64,000 bases of DNA from an uncultured Prochlorococcus sp. (GTDB lineage: Bacteria; Cyanobacteriota; Cyanobacteriia; PCC-6307; Cyanobiaceae): assembly GCA_902560875.1 (NCBI GenBank), contig CACENO010000004.1, positions 22,451-86,450 on the forward strand, written 5' to 3'. Made by a program: the position numbers and the translations under genes. The notes beneath the pieces are model-generated. The model did no database searches. It worked only from the letters and a program-made list of their open reading frames with translations, and was not told the origin of the DNA. Each line of letters opens with the position of its first letter. Position 1 is the first letter of the stretch. This document shows, one piece after another, positions 21,398 to 33,114 of the stretch.

Positions 21398-22765
21398 ATG
21401 ACAGACGCAAAACATTTAAAATCCAAAAAAAATAGAGGCAATTCAAGTCGCAGTATCCGTAGGCTTCTTCAACAAAGATGGCTTATTGTTGTTTTTGCTC
21501 TTGCTTTTACAGGGTTAGGAGCAGCTCTGACGGGCGTCTTATTCAAAGCAGGTGTTTATCAACTTGATGAGTGGAGATTGACACTCCTTAAAGAGATTCC
21601 ACCAACGCTAGTTTTGCCAACACTAGGAGGATTAGGAGGTCTGATTTCAGGATATTTAATTACAAAGCTAGCCCCAGAAGCTAGTGGCTCAGGTGTAACG
21701 CACATTATTGCTTTTCTCAGACATCGAGCTGTGCCCATGGGATTGCGAGTAGGTCTGATCAAATTATTAACAGGAATTGTCGCAATCGGTAGTGGATTCC
21801 CACTCGGACCAGAAGGGCCAGCAGTGCAAATGGGTGGCTCCGTTGCCTGGAAAATGGCTGAATTGCTAAAAGCTCCAATAGCTTTCAGACGAGTAATTGT
21901 TGCCGCAGGAGGAGGGGCCGGTTTGGCTGCAATCTTCAGTGCACCAATAGGAGGTTTTGTTTATGCAATAGAGGAGTTACTTAATTCAGCAAGACCAGTT
22001 GTCTTACTGCTTGTAGTAGTTACAACTTTTTGGGCCGACACTTGGGCAGATGTATTACAAGCCATTGGACTAGATCCAACCGCTGGAGGGTTTGATAGAA
22101 ATTTAGGTTTTCAAGTCCAACGCGAATACATTCCATCTATTGAATTCCTACCAATTGATGTCATTTATTTAATTGCTTTAGGAATATTAGTTGGATCTAT
22201 AGCTGAACTCTATTGTCGATATGTGCTATTCATGCAAAGAAAAGGAAAACTTTGGTTTGGAAATCGATTAATTTTAAAAATGAGTGTATGTGGAATCATT
22301 CTTGGCACAATATATGCTTACCTTCCTAATGAATTTCATCAGATTACTGAACTAAAAAAATTAATTGCTGAACAAAGCGTAGATTTTTCAATGGCAGTAA
22401 CCATATTTCTTGTATTGTTTATTACTACAGGGCTGGCCGCAGCATCCGGAGCACCTGGTGGACTTTTCTACCCAATGTTGATTTTAGGAGGTTCACTTGG
22501 ATTAGCATGTAATCATTGGGCAATACATTTGACACAATATGTTCCGAGTACATATGTTTTTGCTGGCATGGGAGCATTTGTTGCTGCCTGTTCTAGAACA
22601 CCAATAACAGCAATGTTTCTTGCATTTGCACTAACTAAAGAACTTCTTATCCTTAAGCCTCTACTAGTTGCCTGTATCACCAGTTTTTTAATTGCTCGAT
22701 TATTTAATGAACACTCTATTTATGAACGTCAAATAGATTTAGACTTAAACAAAAAATTAACATGA
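21398..22765 (+). CDS. ClC family H+/Cl- exchanger
   Basis: GSGVT, GPEGPAVQMG, GGLFYP and SIYERQ ClC signatures. Confidence 0.92.
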   Translation: MTDAKHLKSKKNRGNSSRSIRRLLQQRWLIVVFALAFTGLGAALTGVLFKAGVYQLDEWRLTLLKEIPPTLVLPTLGGLGGLISGYLITKLAPEASGSGVTHIIAFLRHRAVPMGLRVGLIKLLTGIVAIGSGFPLGPEGPAVQMGGSVAWKMAELLKAPIAFRRVIVAAGGGAGLAAIFSAPIGGFVYAIEELLNSARPVVLLLVVVTTFWADTWADVLQAIGLDPTAGGFDRNLGFQVQREYIPSIEFLPIDVIYLIALGILVGSIAELYCRYVLFMQRKGKLWFGNRLILKMSVCGIILGTIYAYLPNEFHQITELKKLIAEQSVDFSMAVTIFLVLFITTGLAAASGAPGGLFYPMLILGGSLGLACNHWAIHLTQYVPSTYVFAGMGAFVAACSRTPITAMFLAFALTKELLILKPLLVACITSFLIARLFNEHSIYERQIDLDLNKKLT

Positions 22766-22783
22766 TACAACTAATAATATAAA

Positions 22784-24484
22784 TTGTATGAAACAACATT
22801 CAATACCAATTCTTTACTGGCTCCTACACTGAACAACGAAATCCTACTATTTACTCCTGTTCCACCGTCACATGGTGCCCTTAAGACTGTTCTAGCATTT
22901 CCCAATACCTATTCTGTAGGAATAACTAGTCTCGGATATCAAATTATTTGGGCCACTCTCGCTCAAAGACAAGATGTTGATGTGCGTCGGCTATTTACAG
23001 ACACAAAAGACTCTCTTCATAAAAAAACCGATCTCTTTGGCTTATCTCTTAGTTGGGAACTAGATGGGCCTGTATTACTAGATCTTTTAGAAAAGCAAAA
23101 CATTCCAATCTGGAGTCACAAACGCAAAGATAGTGATCCCATTGTTTTTGGAGGAGGGCCAGTCCTAACTGCAAATCCTGAACCACTAGCTCCATTCTTT
23201 GATGTAATATTGCTTGGAGAAGGAGAAAATCTCTTACCAATATTTATAGAAACCATTCTTCAAATTAAAGCACTACCACGTCTCGAAAAATTAGAAATAC
23301 TATCTCAGATTGAAGGCATTTACATTCCAAGTTTATATGCACCTAAATATTCAAACAATGGAACACTTATTGGTATGGAGACAATCAATTCAAAAGTCCC
23401 AAAATCAGTTACCAAGCAAACTTGGAAAAGCAACACACTTAGTCATTCAACTGTCATTACACCAGAATCAGTTTGGCCTAATATTCATATGATTGAAGTA
23501 GTACGAAGTTGTCCAGAACTTTGTCGATTTTGTCTTGCAAGTTACTTAACTCTTCCATTTCGAAGCTCGTCATTGAAGGACGGTCTAATCCCTTCAGTGG
23601 AGAAAGGACTACAAGCCACAAATCGGATTGGTCTACTAGGTGCGTCAGTTACTCAGCACCCTGAATTCTCAGAGCTATTAAATTGGCTTAACCAAGATCA
23701 ATTTAATAATATTCGACTGAGTGTTAGTTCTGTTCGTGCTTCCACCGTTAATCCTCTACTAACAAAAATTCTTTCAAAACGTGGTTGTAAGTCAATCACT
23801 ATGGCAATCGAAAGTGGTAGCTCAAAAATGCGCAATTTTGTTAATAAAAAACTGTCTGAGAATGAAATTTATGCTTCAGCTCACTATGCAAAAGAAGGCG
23901 GATTAAAAGGGTTGAAATTATATGGAATGGTTGGACTTCCTTCAGAAGAGGAAATTGATATTGAAGCAACTATAAATCTTTTAATTAATATTAAACAACA
24001 AACACCAGAATTACGGCTTACATTTGGTGTAAGTACATTTGTCCCGAAAGCTCATACACCTTTTCAATGGTATGGATTACGTCCAGAAGCTAAAAAACGT
24101 CTCAAAATTCTATCTAAACAACTAAACTCAAAAGGAATCTTAGTCCGTCCAGAAAGCTATGGATGGAGCATTATTCAAACACTACTTTCTCGAAGTGATC
24201 GTCGCCTTGCTCCTGTCATTGCAGCAGTCCGTGGGTCACAAAACAATTTAGGAAGTTGGAAACAAGCTTATCGACAGATTCGTGAAACAGACACTAATAG
24301 CACCAATCAACAGCTAGGAGGATTACCAAAACTGCCTTCCTGGGATGAAGTAATTCATCAAAATTGGGAAACATCTCGAGTGCTCCCCTGGTCGCATCTG
24401 AATGGGCCTATTTCACCTGAAATACTCATTCAACATCTACAACAATCTTTGAAAGAGAATGATGATCTGATTCATCATTCATAA
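22784..24484 (+). CDS. B12-binding-domain radical SAM protein
   Basis: AFPNTYSVGITSLG, GGPVLTANPEP, RSCPELCRFC and FVPKAHTPFQW motifs. Confidence 0.88.
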   Translation: MYETTFNTNSLLAPTLNNEILLFTPVPPSHGALKTVLAFPNTYSVGITSLGYQIIWATLAQRQDVDVRRLFTDTKDSLHKKTDLFGLSLSWELDGPVLLDLLEKQNIPIWSHKRKDSDPIVFGGGPVLTANPEPLAPFFDVILLGEGENLLPIFIETILQIKALPRLEKLEILSQIEGIYIPSLYAPKYSNNGTLIGMETINSKVPKSVTKQTWKSNTLSHSTVITPESVWPNIHMIEVVRSCPELCRFCLASYLTLPFRSSSLKDGLIPSVEKGLQATNRIGLLGASVTQHPEFSELLNWLNQDQFNNIRLSVSSVRASTVNPLLTKILSKRGCKSITMAIESGSSKMRNFVNKKLSENEIYASAHYAKEGGLKGLKLYGMVGLPSEEEIDIEATINLLINIKQQTPELRLTFGVSTFVPKAHTPFQWYGLRPEAKKRLKILSKQLNSKGILVRPESYGWSIIQTLLSRSDRRLAPVIAAVRGSQNNLGSWKQAYRQIRETDTNSTNQQLGGLPKLPSWDEVIHQNWETSRVLPWSHLNGPISPEILIQHLQQSLKENDDLIHHS

Positions 24485-25766
24485 TCAAACAACGCAATCC
24501 AGCCAAAAGAACCCAACCAGCAATATTCAATCGACTATCAAAAATAGGTATGTCGACTCCATGCATAGAAATCAATATCAAACATGAGGTCCACCAAGCC
24601 CTATCAAAAACAGTTGTACTCATATGGCTCAAATTTTTCTCAACAACAGTCAATACTCCAGAATGCAATGCCTTAATTAACAAAGTCACCACTGTGATAA
24701 CTATCAATATAGCCACAGGTAAACCATGGCTCACCGCCAACTCAATTGGCAAATTATGTGCGTGACCAATCCACCAAGCTAGATCACCTTTAATTAAAGG
24801 AAAAAGTATCGAAAAAGCAGCAGCACCCCATCCAATCCAGGGCCTCTGAGCAACAAGGTTAATTGCTACTTTCCATTGACTAAGTCGTGTCGTTTCTAAA
24901 TATCGCTGATCCAAATATCTCATATCGTTTAAACGACTCCATAAGCTTTCGGGTACAAATTTTTGAAAAAACAACTGTATTCTTCCATCAATCCCTGGTA
25001 AAGCAGCTAAGGCTAATGGCATCAACAACAAAAACATTAGAGGTAATATCCAAATCCAACGCACAGGTCCTAATACAAAAGGAATTGCCAAAACCAAACC
25101 ACCCCAAGCATTACGAGAGTCAGTCAAAATTATTGCTGCAACAATAGATATAGCCAATAGCAAAGCAATACTTTTTTGAAGACGATTTAAAAACGGCTGA
25201 AACAAAGTAGCCAAACTCATTGGCCAAACTAATGCCAACCATGCACCAGCAATATTCGCATAATCAAAAAGTCCTGATAAACGACCAATAGGATTTCCAC
25301 CAGGATTAACAAACCAAATAATCATTCCCCTTAACAATTGCCATGGACCACTCCAACCAAACCAAAGCTGACCAAAACCTGTTATTAGAACAGGGACAGT
25401 TCCTGCTACTAACCAAATAGCAGAACGTCTTCGAGCAATTGGAGTTAAGAGATATGGTTGAAAAGCCCAAAAACACCAAAAAAAAGGAATCCAATTTGCC
25501 AAGCCAACCCAAGCCAACCAGCCAGAGTAAGCAAAAAAAGAACTTATCAACATCCATATAGCAGCCAACAAAAAAGGATAATTCCAAGAATCACGCCAAT
25601 AAGAAATAGATCTATTAAAACTTCCGAAAATCGCTGCTATTACAAATAATAAACCTGCAAAAAGAGCAGTTGAAGGTAACAAAAAAAGACCTATTTGGAA
25701 ACAAACCCATCCAAATGCATTTGACGACAATGGTTTTGAGTTATGTATCCAATTAAAAAGTTTCAT
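24426..25766 (-). CDS. O-antigen ligase family membrane protein
   Basis: Multiple TM segments; RLSGLFDYAN, TDSRNAW, PWIGWG and HAHN motifs. Confidence 0.85.
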   Translation of the reverse strand: MKLFNWIHNSKPLSSNAFGWVCFQIGLFLLPSTALFAGLLFVIAAIFGSFNRSISYWRDSWNYPFLLAAIWMLISSFFAYSGWLAWVGLANWIPFFWCFWAFQPYLLTPIARRRSAIWLVAGTVPVLITGFGQLWFGWSGPWQLLRGMIIWFVNPGGNPIGRLSGLFDYANIAGAWLALVWPMSLATLFQPFLNRLQKSIALLLAISIVAAIILTDSRNAWGGLVLAIPFVLGPVRWIWILPLMFLLLMPLALAALPGIDGRIQLFFQKFVPESLWSRLNDMRYLDQRYLETTRLSQWKVAINLVAQRPWIGWGAAAFSILFPLIKGDLAWWIGHAHNLPIELAVSHGLPVAILIVITVVTLLIKALHSGVLTVVEKNLSHMSTTVFDRAWWTSCLILISMHGVDIPIFDSRLNIAGWVLLAGLRCLIMNDESDHHSLSKIVVDVE

Positions 25767-26617
25767 GCAAAAACAGCAGTACGTCCACGATAAATAATTA
25801 CTTGTCTTTTTAAATGCAATCTCAAGGCTCTTGCCAGTGCAATGCGTTCCAGATCACGGCCTTTACGTATCAGATCATCAATTTCATCTCGATGACTTAT
25901 ATGTTCAATAGCTTGTTCAATAATTGGCCCATCATCCAAGTCCTCAGTAACATAATGAGCCGTAGCCCCTATTAATTTAACTCCCCGCTCCCATGCGCGA
26001 TGGTATGGTTGTGCTCCTTTAAAAGCAGGAAGAAATGAGTGATGGATATTAATAATTGTTGGAAACTCTGTTAAGAAATTACCAGTAAGAATTTGCATAT
26101 ATTTAGCAAGTACAACCAAATCAATCTTATATTCAACCAAAAGGGCAAGCATTCTCTTTTCAGAAATTAATTTATTTTCAAAATTGACAGGTATATACCT
26201 GAAAGGAACTCCAAAGTCTGAACAAATCTTTTCATTATCTAGGTGATTACCAATTACCAAAGAAATATTCATAGGTAATTCTCCACTATGAGTACGCCAA
26301 AGCAAATCCAAAAGGCAATGATTTTGCTTGCTAGCAAAAATAGCCACTCGTGGAAGCTCATCTGAAAAACTTAACCTTGCCTCACCTCCTAACTGACTTG
26401 CTAAAGATTTTGCTGCTGGAGCAATAGATTCCTTCTTTAATGTAAATCCTTCTAAATCCCATTCAATCCTACTAAGAAAAAGTTGGGCATCTGAGTCAGT
26501 ATGGTGATCTGCATGGCGAATATTACCTCCATGTTTTGCTACCCATCCAGACAATTCACTTACCAAGCCAGACGAATCAGGGCAGATGACTTGCAAAATA
26601 ACCGTTGTCAAAGTCAA
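25763..26617 (-). CDS. purU: Formyltetrahydrofolate deformylase
   Basis: ACT-like CPD.SGLV, LAKYMQIL, INIHHSFLPAFKGAQPY and GVKLIGATAH motifs. TTG start at 26617 preferred. Confidence 0.95.
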   Translation of the reverse strand: MTLTTVILQVICPDSSGLVSELSGWVAKHGGNIRHADHHTDSDAQLFLSRIEWDLEGFTLKKESIAPAAKSLASQLGGEARLSFSDELPRVAIFASKQNHCLLDLLWRTHSGELPMNISLVIGNHLDNEKICSDFGVPFRYIPVNFENKLISEKRMLALLVEYKIDLVVLAKYMQILTGNFLTEFPTIINIHHSFLPAFKGAQPYHRAWERGVKLIGATAHYVTEDLDDGPIIEQAIEHISHRDEIDDLIRKGRDLERIALARALRLHLKRQVIIYRGRTAVFA

Positions 26618-26692
26618 ACAACTCATCCACAAAAAACTATTCTCGCTTAAATGGGTACATAGACCAGTCAACCAAAACAATTACTAGTAATC

Positions 26693-27826
26693 GTGTATAA
26701 AGAACAAACAAAATCAAGAGCAGAAAACAGTAATTCATTTAAACAAATTGCCGTTATTGGTAGTGGAGCTATAGGAAATATGACAGCACTTCAATTAGCA
26801 AAGCTCGGTCATGAAGTGCACATTATCGACCCTCTAATCAATCAACTAATACACACAGAAGAAGCAATAAATGGATCAACTGCTTCACTAGGTGTCCTGA
26901 TGGGATACATCTACAAAAGGTCTAGTGGACGTGGCTGGAGCTTGAGGGAGCGAACCATGGCATTATGGCAACAATGGATAGACATACTTAACACTCAAGA
27001 GACTCCACTCAAAATTGATAGCCCCCTTTTGCAAATAGCAAAATCAAAAGAAGAAGCATCTTTAATGGGGCTTATAAGTCAAAAGCGAAAGCATCTAGGA
27101 GTTGAATTTTTATCGTCAAAACAAGTTCTCAATCTAGGGATATCATTAGCTAAAACTAATCATGGATGCTTAATTTCATATCAGGATGGTCGTATTAATC
27201 CACTAGAACTGCAACAAGCTTTATATAACGCACTCAGAAAATCTAAAATACAATTCATCCAAGAAACAGTAATTAAACTGGAAAGAAAATCATCTATTTG
27301 TAATCAGAAATGGTTGATTCATTTATCAAAAAGCAAAAGTCTACTAAAAGATATTGTAATCATCTGTGCCGCACTGGGAAGCGAAACTCTATTAAATCCA
27401 TTAGGGCATCATCGACCAATAGAACCAATTCTTGGTCAAGTACTAGATCTTCAATTAAAAGATAAGCCTTCTAATTGGAGTAATTGGCCACCAGTAATTG
27501 TCTTTGATGGAATAAATTTAATCCCAAAAGGAATGAATAACCTTTTATTAGGAGCAACACTAGAGCCAGGTACAACTGTTAACACTGAATGTCTGCAAGA
27601 GTTAAAATCTCTAAGAGGCAATGCACCAAACTGGCTAAAAAACTCAACAATTCATACAAATTGGAGTGGAATTCGTGCAAGACCAATGAATAGGCCTGCC
27701 CCACTATTAGAAAAACTTGAAGATGGATTAATCCTTGCTACAGGTCATTATAGAAATGGAATCCTATTAGCACCTGCAACAGCTGACTGGGTCTCATCAA
27801 CTATTTCTAAGCAAAATAATCAATGA
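26693..27826 (+). CDS. FAD-dependent oxidoreductase (DAO/glycine oxidase-like)
   Basis: IAVIGSGAIG, WSGIRARP and ATGHYRNGILLAP motifs. Confidence 0.85.
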   Translation: MYKEQTKSRAENSNSFKQIAVIGSGAIGNMTALQLAKLGHEVHIIDPLINQLIHTEEAINGSTASLGVLMGYIYKRSSGRGWSLRERTMALWQQWIDILNTQETPLKIDSPLLQIAKSKEEASLMGLISQKRKHLGVEFLSSKQVLNLGISLAKTNHGCLISYQDGRINPLELQQALYNALRKSKIQFIQETVIKLERKSSICNQKWLIHLSKSKSLLKDIVIICAALGSETLLNPLGHHRPIEPILGQVLDLQLKDKPSNWSNWPPVIVFDGINLIPKGMNNLLLGATLEPGTTVNTECLQELKSLRGNAPNWLKNSTIHTNWSGIRARPMNRPAPLLEKLEDGLILATGHYRNGILLAPATADWVSSTISKQNNQ

Positions 27827-27882
27827 AAATGATATCAACTCAATCAATTCCTTATTAATACAAGGAGTTACTATTTGAGACC

Positions 27883-29784
27883 TTACTTAGACTCAGTAAA
27901 TTCAGCATCTATAACGTCATCACTATCATTTGAGTCAGAATCCGCATTTCCTTCCGTACTTTGCGCAGCAGGATTAGCGGCTCCAGCTTGCTGATAAACA
28001 GATGCACCTAAAGCATAGAGTTCTTGCTGCAATTCTTCCAATAAAGATTTCATAGTTTCATAATCATCTTTCTCCGTTGCCTCTTTTAACCTTATTCTCT
28101 TATCTTCTACTTTTGCTTTTGCATCAGAATCGACTTTGTCGCCAAGTTCTCCAAGTTGTTTTTCGGTTTGGTAAACCAAAGTCTCAGCTTGATTCTTTAC
28201 ATCTATACGCTCACGCTTCTCTTTATCCGCTGATGCATTTGTCTCAGCATCCTTAACCATATTGTCAACTTCATTATCAGAAAGAGTTGAAGCCCCTGTA
28301 ATGGAAATACTTTGCTCTTTACCACTACCTTTATCTTTGGCAGTAACACTAAGAATTCCATTTGCATCAATATCAAATGTCACTTCAATCTGAGGTACAC
28401 CCCTAGGAGCTGGAGGAATTCCATCTAAACGAAAAGTTCCCAAGCTTTTATTATCTGAAGCCATTTCACGCTCACCTTGAAGAACGTGGATTTCTACATT
28501 TGTCTGACCATCAACAGCAGTTGAATATGTCTCTGTTTTTTTTGTTGGAACAGTTGTATTACGAGGGATCATCTTAGTCATGACACCTCCAAGAGTTTCC
28601 ACACCCAATGAGAGTGGGGTTACATCAAGCAAGAGAATATCCTTCACTTCACCTGCTAATACCCCACCCTGAATTGCAGCACCTACTGCAACTACTTCAT
28701 CAGGGTTCACAGTTTGATTAGGGTCTTTACCTGTAACTCTTTTAACCAATTCTTGCACTGAAGGCATACGAGTTGAACCACCAACCATCACAATTTCATC
28801 AAGCTCGCCAGAAGATAATTTTGCATCTTTTAAAGCTTGTTCTACAGGGACGCGACAGCGATCAATCAAATTAGAAGCTAATTCCTCGAATTTTGCTCGA
28901 GTAAGAGTTAAATCAAGATGCTTCGGCCCATCAGGTGTAGCCGTAATAAATGGCAAATTAATTTCACTTTGAGTTGCATTAGAAAGCTCAATCTTTGCTT
29001 TTTCAGCAGCTTCTGTTAAACGCTGAAGCGCTTGCTTATCTTGTCGCAGATCAATACCTTCATTACTTTTAAATGCTGCCGCAAGATGATCAACAATCAC
29101 TTTATCGAAATCATCACCTCCCAGATGGGTATCACCGGAAGTAGAAAGCACTTCAAAGACACCATCACCTACTTCCAAAACAGATACGTCAAAAGTTCCT
29201 CCACCTAAATCAAAAACCAAAATTCGTTCATTACTCTTTTTATCAAGGCCATATGCCAGTGCAGCAGCTGTTGGCTCATTAATAATTCGGAGAACCTCAA
29301 GACCAGCTATTTTCCCGGCATCCTTTGTAGCTTGACGCTGAGAATCGTTGAAATAAGCAGGAACTGTAATTACAGCTTGTGTAATATTTTCACCTAAATA
29401 CTTACCTGCGTCATCAGATAGTTTCCTCAAAACTTGAGCACTCACTTCCTCAGGGGAAAATTGCTTATCCAGAATCGGACATTTCAACTTCAATTTAGAT
29501 CCCGACTTCTCAACCCCATAACTCACTTCCTTTGACTCTTCATTCACCTCATCCACACGCCGACCAACAAATCTCTTGGCAGAATAAAAAGTATTCTCCG
29601 GATTCATTACAGCCTGACGCTTTGCTATCTGACCAACTAACTGATCTTGATTTTTTGTATAAGCAACAACTGAAGGAGTGGTCCGAAAGCCTTCAGCATT
29701 AGCAATAACGGTTGGCTTACCACCTTCCATAACTGCAACACAGCTATTCGTAGTGCCAAGATCAATACCAACAACCTTCCCCAT
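27883..29784 (-). CDS. dnaK: Chaperone DnaK (DnaK2-type)
   Basis: [14 protein letters not shown] start at 29784; [10 protein letters not shown]; C-terminal DVIDAEF. Confidence 0.99.
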   Translation of the reverse strand: MGKVVGIDLGTTNSCVAVMEGGKPTVIANAEGFRTTPSVVAYTKNQDQLVGQIAKRQAVMNPENTFYSAKRFVGRRVDEVNEESKEVSYGVEKSGSKLKLKCPILDKQFSPEEVSAQVLRKLSDDAGKYLGENITQAVITVPAYFNDSQRQATKDAGKIAGLEVLRIINEPTAAALAYGLDKKSNERILVFDLGGGTFDVSVLEVGDGVFEVLSTSGDTHLGGDDFDKVIVDHLAAAFKSNEGIDLRQDKQALQRLTEAAEKAKIELSNATQSEINLPFITATPDGPKHLDLTLTRAKFEELASNLIDRCRVPVEQALKDAKLSSGELDEIVMVGGSTRMPSVQELVKRVTGKDPNQTVNPDEVVAVGAAIQGGVLAGEVKDILLLDVTPLSLGVETLGGVMTKMIPRNTTVPTKKTETYSTAVDGQTNVEIHVLQGEREMASDNKSLGTFRLDGIPPAPRGVPQIEVTFDIDANGILSVTAKDKGSGKEQSISITGASTLSDNEVDNMVKDAETNASADKEKRERIDVKNQAETLVYQTEKQLGELGDKVDSDAKAKVEDKRIRLKEATEKDDYETMKSLLEELQQELYALGASVYQQAGAANPAAQSTEGNADSDSNDSDDVIDAEFTESK

Positions 29785-29911
29785 GGGTCTCGAACTCCTA
29801 AAACATCTGTCTTGAATACGAACATCCTCGGTAGTTAGCCCACTTACAGGCGAGGGGTGGTTCCCGAACAGTAAGAGCGGCACCCTTAGAAAGATCCAAT
29901 TTCAAAAAGGA

Positions 29912-30811
29912 ATGATTAACGGCAAAACTTGTTTAGTTGGCTTACTTGGCAAACCAGTCAATCATTCTCTTTCACCTGTTATTCAGAATGCAGCCTTAAA
30001 TGAAATGGGTCTGGACTGGTGTTATTTAGCACTGCCATGCGAATCACAAGATCTCTCAATAGTTTCAAACGCTTTACTAAAATTAAATTGCAAAGGCTTA
30101 AATATCACAATCCCTCACAAACAAAGCGCCATCGCATTATGCGAAAAGATTTCCCCTATTGCAGAGAAAGTAGGTGCAATTAATACTTTAATACCAAATA
30201 ATGAATCCAATTGGAATGGAACAAATACTGATATACAAGGATTTTTAGCTCCAATTCAACATAGAAATTGGACAAATAGCGAGGCAACGGTTTTAGGTTG
30301 TGGAGGCAGTGCAAAAGCCGTAATAGCAGGACTTCAATCTTTAAATTTTAAAAAAATTACAATGATTGGTCGTCGGGAAATTGCTTTAAAGAATTTTATA
30401 TTAGATATAGCCAAAAGAAATTCTCAAGCTGAAAGCGAAGATATAATTTTAAATACATTACTTGCAACAAATCATGAAATAATTGAAACAATCAAACAAA
30501 GCAAATTAGTTGTAAATACCACCCCAGTAGGAATGTCCAGCCATTCAATATCAAACACACAAGAACTTGCAATACCCTTAGGTAAAGAGGTTTGGCAACA
30601 TCTCACCCCAAATACAACTCTTTATGACTTGATATATACCCCAAACCCAACTGCTTGGCTCACTCTTGGAGAGAAATTAGATTGTGAAACAATTGATGGT
30701 CTAGAAATGTTGATTCAGCAAGGGGCAGCTTCCTTAAAACTTTGGAGCAAAAAGAAACAGATCCCTATTGAGATAATGAGAAAAGCCGCAAAAGAGCATC
30801 TATCCCTTTAA
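29912..30811 (+). CDS. aroE: Shikimate dehydrogenase
   Basis: HSLSP, NITIPHK, NTD, GCGGSA and GLEMLIQQG motifs. Confidence 0.95.
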   Translation: MINGKTCLVGLLGKPVNHSLSPVIQNAALNEMGLDWCYLALPCESQDLSIVSNALLKLNCKGLNITIPHKQSAIALCEKISPIAEKVGAINTLIPNNESNWNGTNTDIQGFLAPIQHRNWTNSEATVLGCGGSAKAVIAGLQSLNFKKITMIGRREIALKNFILDIAKRNSQAESEDIILNTLLATNHEIIETIKQSKLVVNTTPVGMSSHSISNTQELAIPLGKEVWQHLTPNTTLYDLIYTPNPTAWLTLGEKLDCETIDGLEMLIQQGAASLKLWSKKKQIPIEIMRKAAKEHLSL

Positions 30812-30832
30812 TCTCAATTTAAATTCAAAAAA

Positions 30833-31291
30833 ATGCTCATCCCAATTTGGCAAAAATTCTTAGGGATTTTGATTTATATGCTTCCTTGGAGTGAAGCACT
30901 CCCTTTTGGCAGATATCTTTTTCAAGATTTTCCTTTACTTCAATGGTTAGAGCTACCAACCTTACCCATCATCATTTTTCAAAGAGGAGTTCCATTTGGG
31001 AACCTACTTCTGTTTTTTATCCTCTTTTTAGGAGTTGTTCGAAATCCAAAAATTCCTTATTTTCTGCGTTTTAATACCTTGCAAGCAATTCTTATAGATA
31101 TCGGCTTGCTCTTAATTAGTTATGCGTTCCAAATCATTCTTCAACCACTTGGTGGGCTCGTTTTAAGCACATTTTCAAGCACAGTCTGGATCGGAGTCCT
31201 TGCAATCATCGTTTTTGCCTCTATCGAATCAATACAAGGAAAAGAGCCAGACCTTCCCTGGATAAGCGAAGCAGTACGTATGCAACTTTAA
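30833..31291 (+). CDS. Tic20/Ycf60 family membrane protein
   Basis: YMLPW, VVRNPKIPYFLRFNTLQA and ISEAVRMQL motifs. Confidence 0.85.
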   Translation: MLIPIWQKFLGILIYMLPWSEALPFGRYLFQDFPLLQWLELPTLPIIIFQRGVPFGNLLLFFILFLGVVRNPKIPYFLRFNTLQAILIDIGLLLISYAFQIILQPLGGLVLSTFSSTVWIGVLAIIVFASIESIQGKEPDLPWISEAVRMQL

Positions 31292-31374
31292 ATTGGTGAG
31301 ATAGCCACTTCAAGATATAAGGTGGTAGATCCGTCGCTCATTGAATGAGCCTTCAGTCCTAGTCGGAAAAACTT

Positions 31375-31893
31375 ATGACCAGCCAGCCTTACTACGAAAC
31401 GATGTATATCCTTCGTCCGGATATTCCGGAAGAGGAAGTTGAAAGCCATTTAACTAAATATAGTGACCTAATCAAAACAGCTGATGCAGAGGTACTCGAT
31501 AACCAAATGCGGGGCAAGAGAAGGCTTGCTTACCCAATAGCAAAACACAAAGAAGGCATATATGTTCAATTAAGCCATAACGGCAATGGGCAGCATGTAG
31601 AAGTCTTAGAAAAAGCCATGCGTCTAAGTGAGGACGTAATACGCTATCTAACTGTTAAACAAAATGGTCCACTCCCAACACCAAGAGTTGTAGCAGGAAC
31701 TGAACAAGTAAAAACTGATGAAGTCAAAACTGATGAAGTAAAAACTGAAGCATTAAAAACTGAAGCATTAAAAACTGATGAAGTAAAAACTGAAGCATTA
31801 AAAACTGATGAAGTCAAAACTGAAGCAGTAAAAGAAGAAGTAAAAGAAGAGGACAAAATTGAAGAAAAGGAAGGAATTACCCCCAAAGAATAA
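31375..31893 (+). CDS. rpsF: 30S ribosomal protein S6 with a repetitive acidic C-terminal tail
   Basis: [19 protein letters not shown] and [10 protein letters not shown] motifs. Confidence 0.97.
   Translation: MTSQPYYETMYILRPDIPEEEVESHLTKYSDLIKTADAEVLDNQMRGKRRLAYPIAKHKEGIYVQLSHNGNGQHVEVLEKAMRLSEDVIRYLTVKQNGPLPTPRVVAGTEQVKTDEVKTDEVKTEALKTEALKTDEVKTEALKTDEVKTEAVKEEVKEEDKIEEKEGITPKE
31708..31827 (+). repeat. 8 x 15-bp in-frame tandem repeat ([VL]KT[DE][EA])
   Basis: Units such as gtaaaaactgatgaa, ttaaaaactgaagca and gtcaaaactgatgaa, read directly. Confidence 0.95.
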
Positions 31894-33114
31894 CTATTGA
31901 TTTTGAATAGTTCTTTGAACACTGGCCCAAATTCGACTAGGTAGGCCCCATATATATATAAAACCTTCAGCTAAAGGGTGCTGAAATTCATCTTCCTTGC
32001 CATAAGTTGCCATAGAAGGCATATATAAGCTATTTGTTGATGAATTACGACCTATAATAATTGCATTGCCTTTATGTAAACGAATTTTTACATCACCATT
32101 CACATCTATTTGAGTTCTATCAAAAAAACCATCTAAAGCTTCTTTCAAAGGGCTATACCAAAGTCCTTGATATACCAATTCTGCCCATTTACTTTCTAAA
32201 TAAGATTTCATATGCAAGACATCAGCTGACAAAGTTAGGGTTTCAATTTCTTGATGTGCCTTAATAAGCAATAACAATCCAGGTGTTTCATAAATTTCAC
32301 GACTTTTAATACCAACTACTCGATTTTCAATAATATCTATACGACCAAATCCATGCTTACCTGCCAAATTATTTGCTTTAGAGATAATTTGAACCGGATC
32401 TAATTTTTCACCATCAATAGCAATGGGATTCCCAGCTCGAAAACTAATCAATATTTCTTCTGGCTCGTTTGGTGCTTGATCAATTGCAGAAGTCATTTCA
32501 AAAACATCTTCTGGTGGAGGGGTCATAGGGTTTTCAAGTAAACCAGCCTCAACACTCCTACCCAACAAATTCAAATCAATCGAATAAGGAGATTCTTTAC
32601 TAACAGGAGCTGGGATACCAAATCGTTCTCCATAAGCAATTGTTTCCTCTCTACTCATGCCCCATTGCCTTGCTGGGGTTAAAACCTTTAAATCTGGCGC
32701 TAAAGATCCAATAGCAACATCAAATCGAACCTGATCATTACCTTTACCAGTACAACCATGAGCAACTGCATCAGCAGAAAATTCTTTTGCAACCCTAACA
32801 AGATGATTAGCAATAAGTGGTCTTGCTAACGCGGTCGAAAGAGGGTAACGACCTTCATAAAGACCATTAGCACGAATCGCTGGGAAAGCAAAATCTTCAA
32901 TAAAGGGTTTGATCAAATCACCTACTAGGGACTGACTAGCACCTGCTTCAAGCGCCTTCTTCCGAATAGGCTCAAGCTCATCTCCTTGTCCTAAATCAGC
33001 CGCAAAAGTAATTACTTCCTCTACTCCATACTCTTTTTTTAAATAAGGGATGCATACGCTGGTGTCAACACCTCCCGAATAAGCAAGCACAACCCTCTTA
33101 ACTTGTACCATCAA
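31894..33114 (-). CDS. argG: Argininosuccinate synthase
   Basis: [24 protein letters not shown] and [14 protein letters not shown] motifs. Confidence 0.98.
   Translation of the reverse strand: MMVQVKRVVLAYSGGVDTSVCIPYLKKEYGVEEVITFAADLGQGDELEPIRKKALEAGASQSLVGDLIKPFIEDFAFPAIRANGLYEGRYPLSTALARPLIANHLVRVAKEFSADAVAHGCTGKGNDQVRFDVAIGSLAPDLKVLTPARQWGMSREETIAYGERFGIPAPVSKESPYSIDLNLLGRSVEAGLLENPMTPPPEDVFEMTSAIDQAPNEPEEILISFRAGNPIAIDGEKLDPVQIISKANNLAGKHGFGRIDIIENRVVGIKSREIYETPGLLLLIKAHQEIETLTLSADVLHMKSYLESKWAELVYQGLWYSPLKEALDGFFDRTQIDVNGDVKIRLHKGNAIIIGRNSSTNSLYMPSMATYGKEDEFQHPLAEGFIYIWGLPSRIWASVQRTIQNQ

Noticed and set aside
24426-24484. 59-bp convergent overlap between the radical SAM and O-antigen ligase genes
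   Set aside because: Short tail-to-tail overlaps are common in streamlined genomes, and there is no further signal.
29785-29883. 33-aa N-terminal extension of DnaK in the ORF track
   Set aside because: The canonical start [10 protein letters not shown] is at 29784; the extension covers the divergent promoter region.
31708-31827. Repeat array as a possible CRISPR
   Set aside because: Units are contiguous, in frame and have no spacers; no cas genes are present.
31644-31922. 92-aa minus-strand repetitive ORF
   Set aside because: Antisense shadow of the rpsF repeat.
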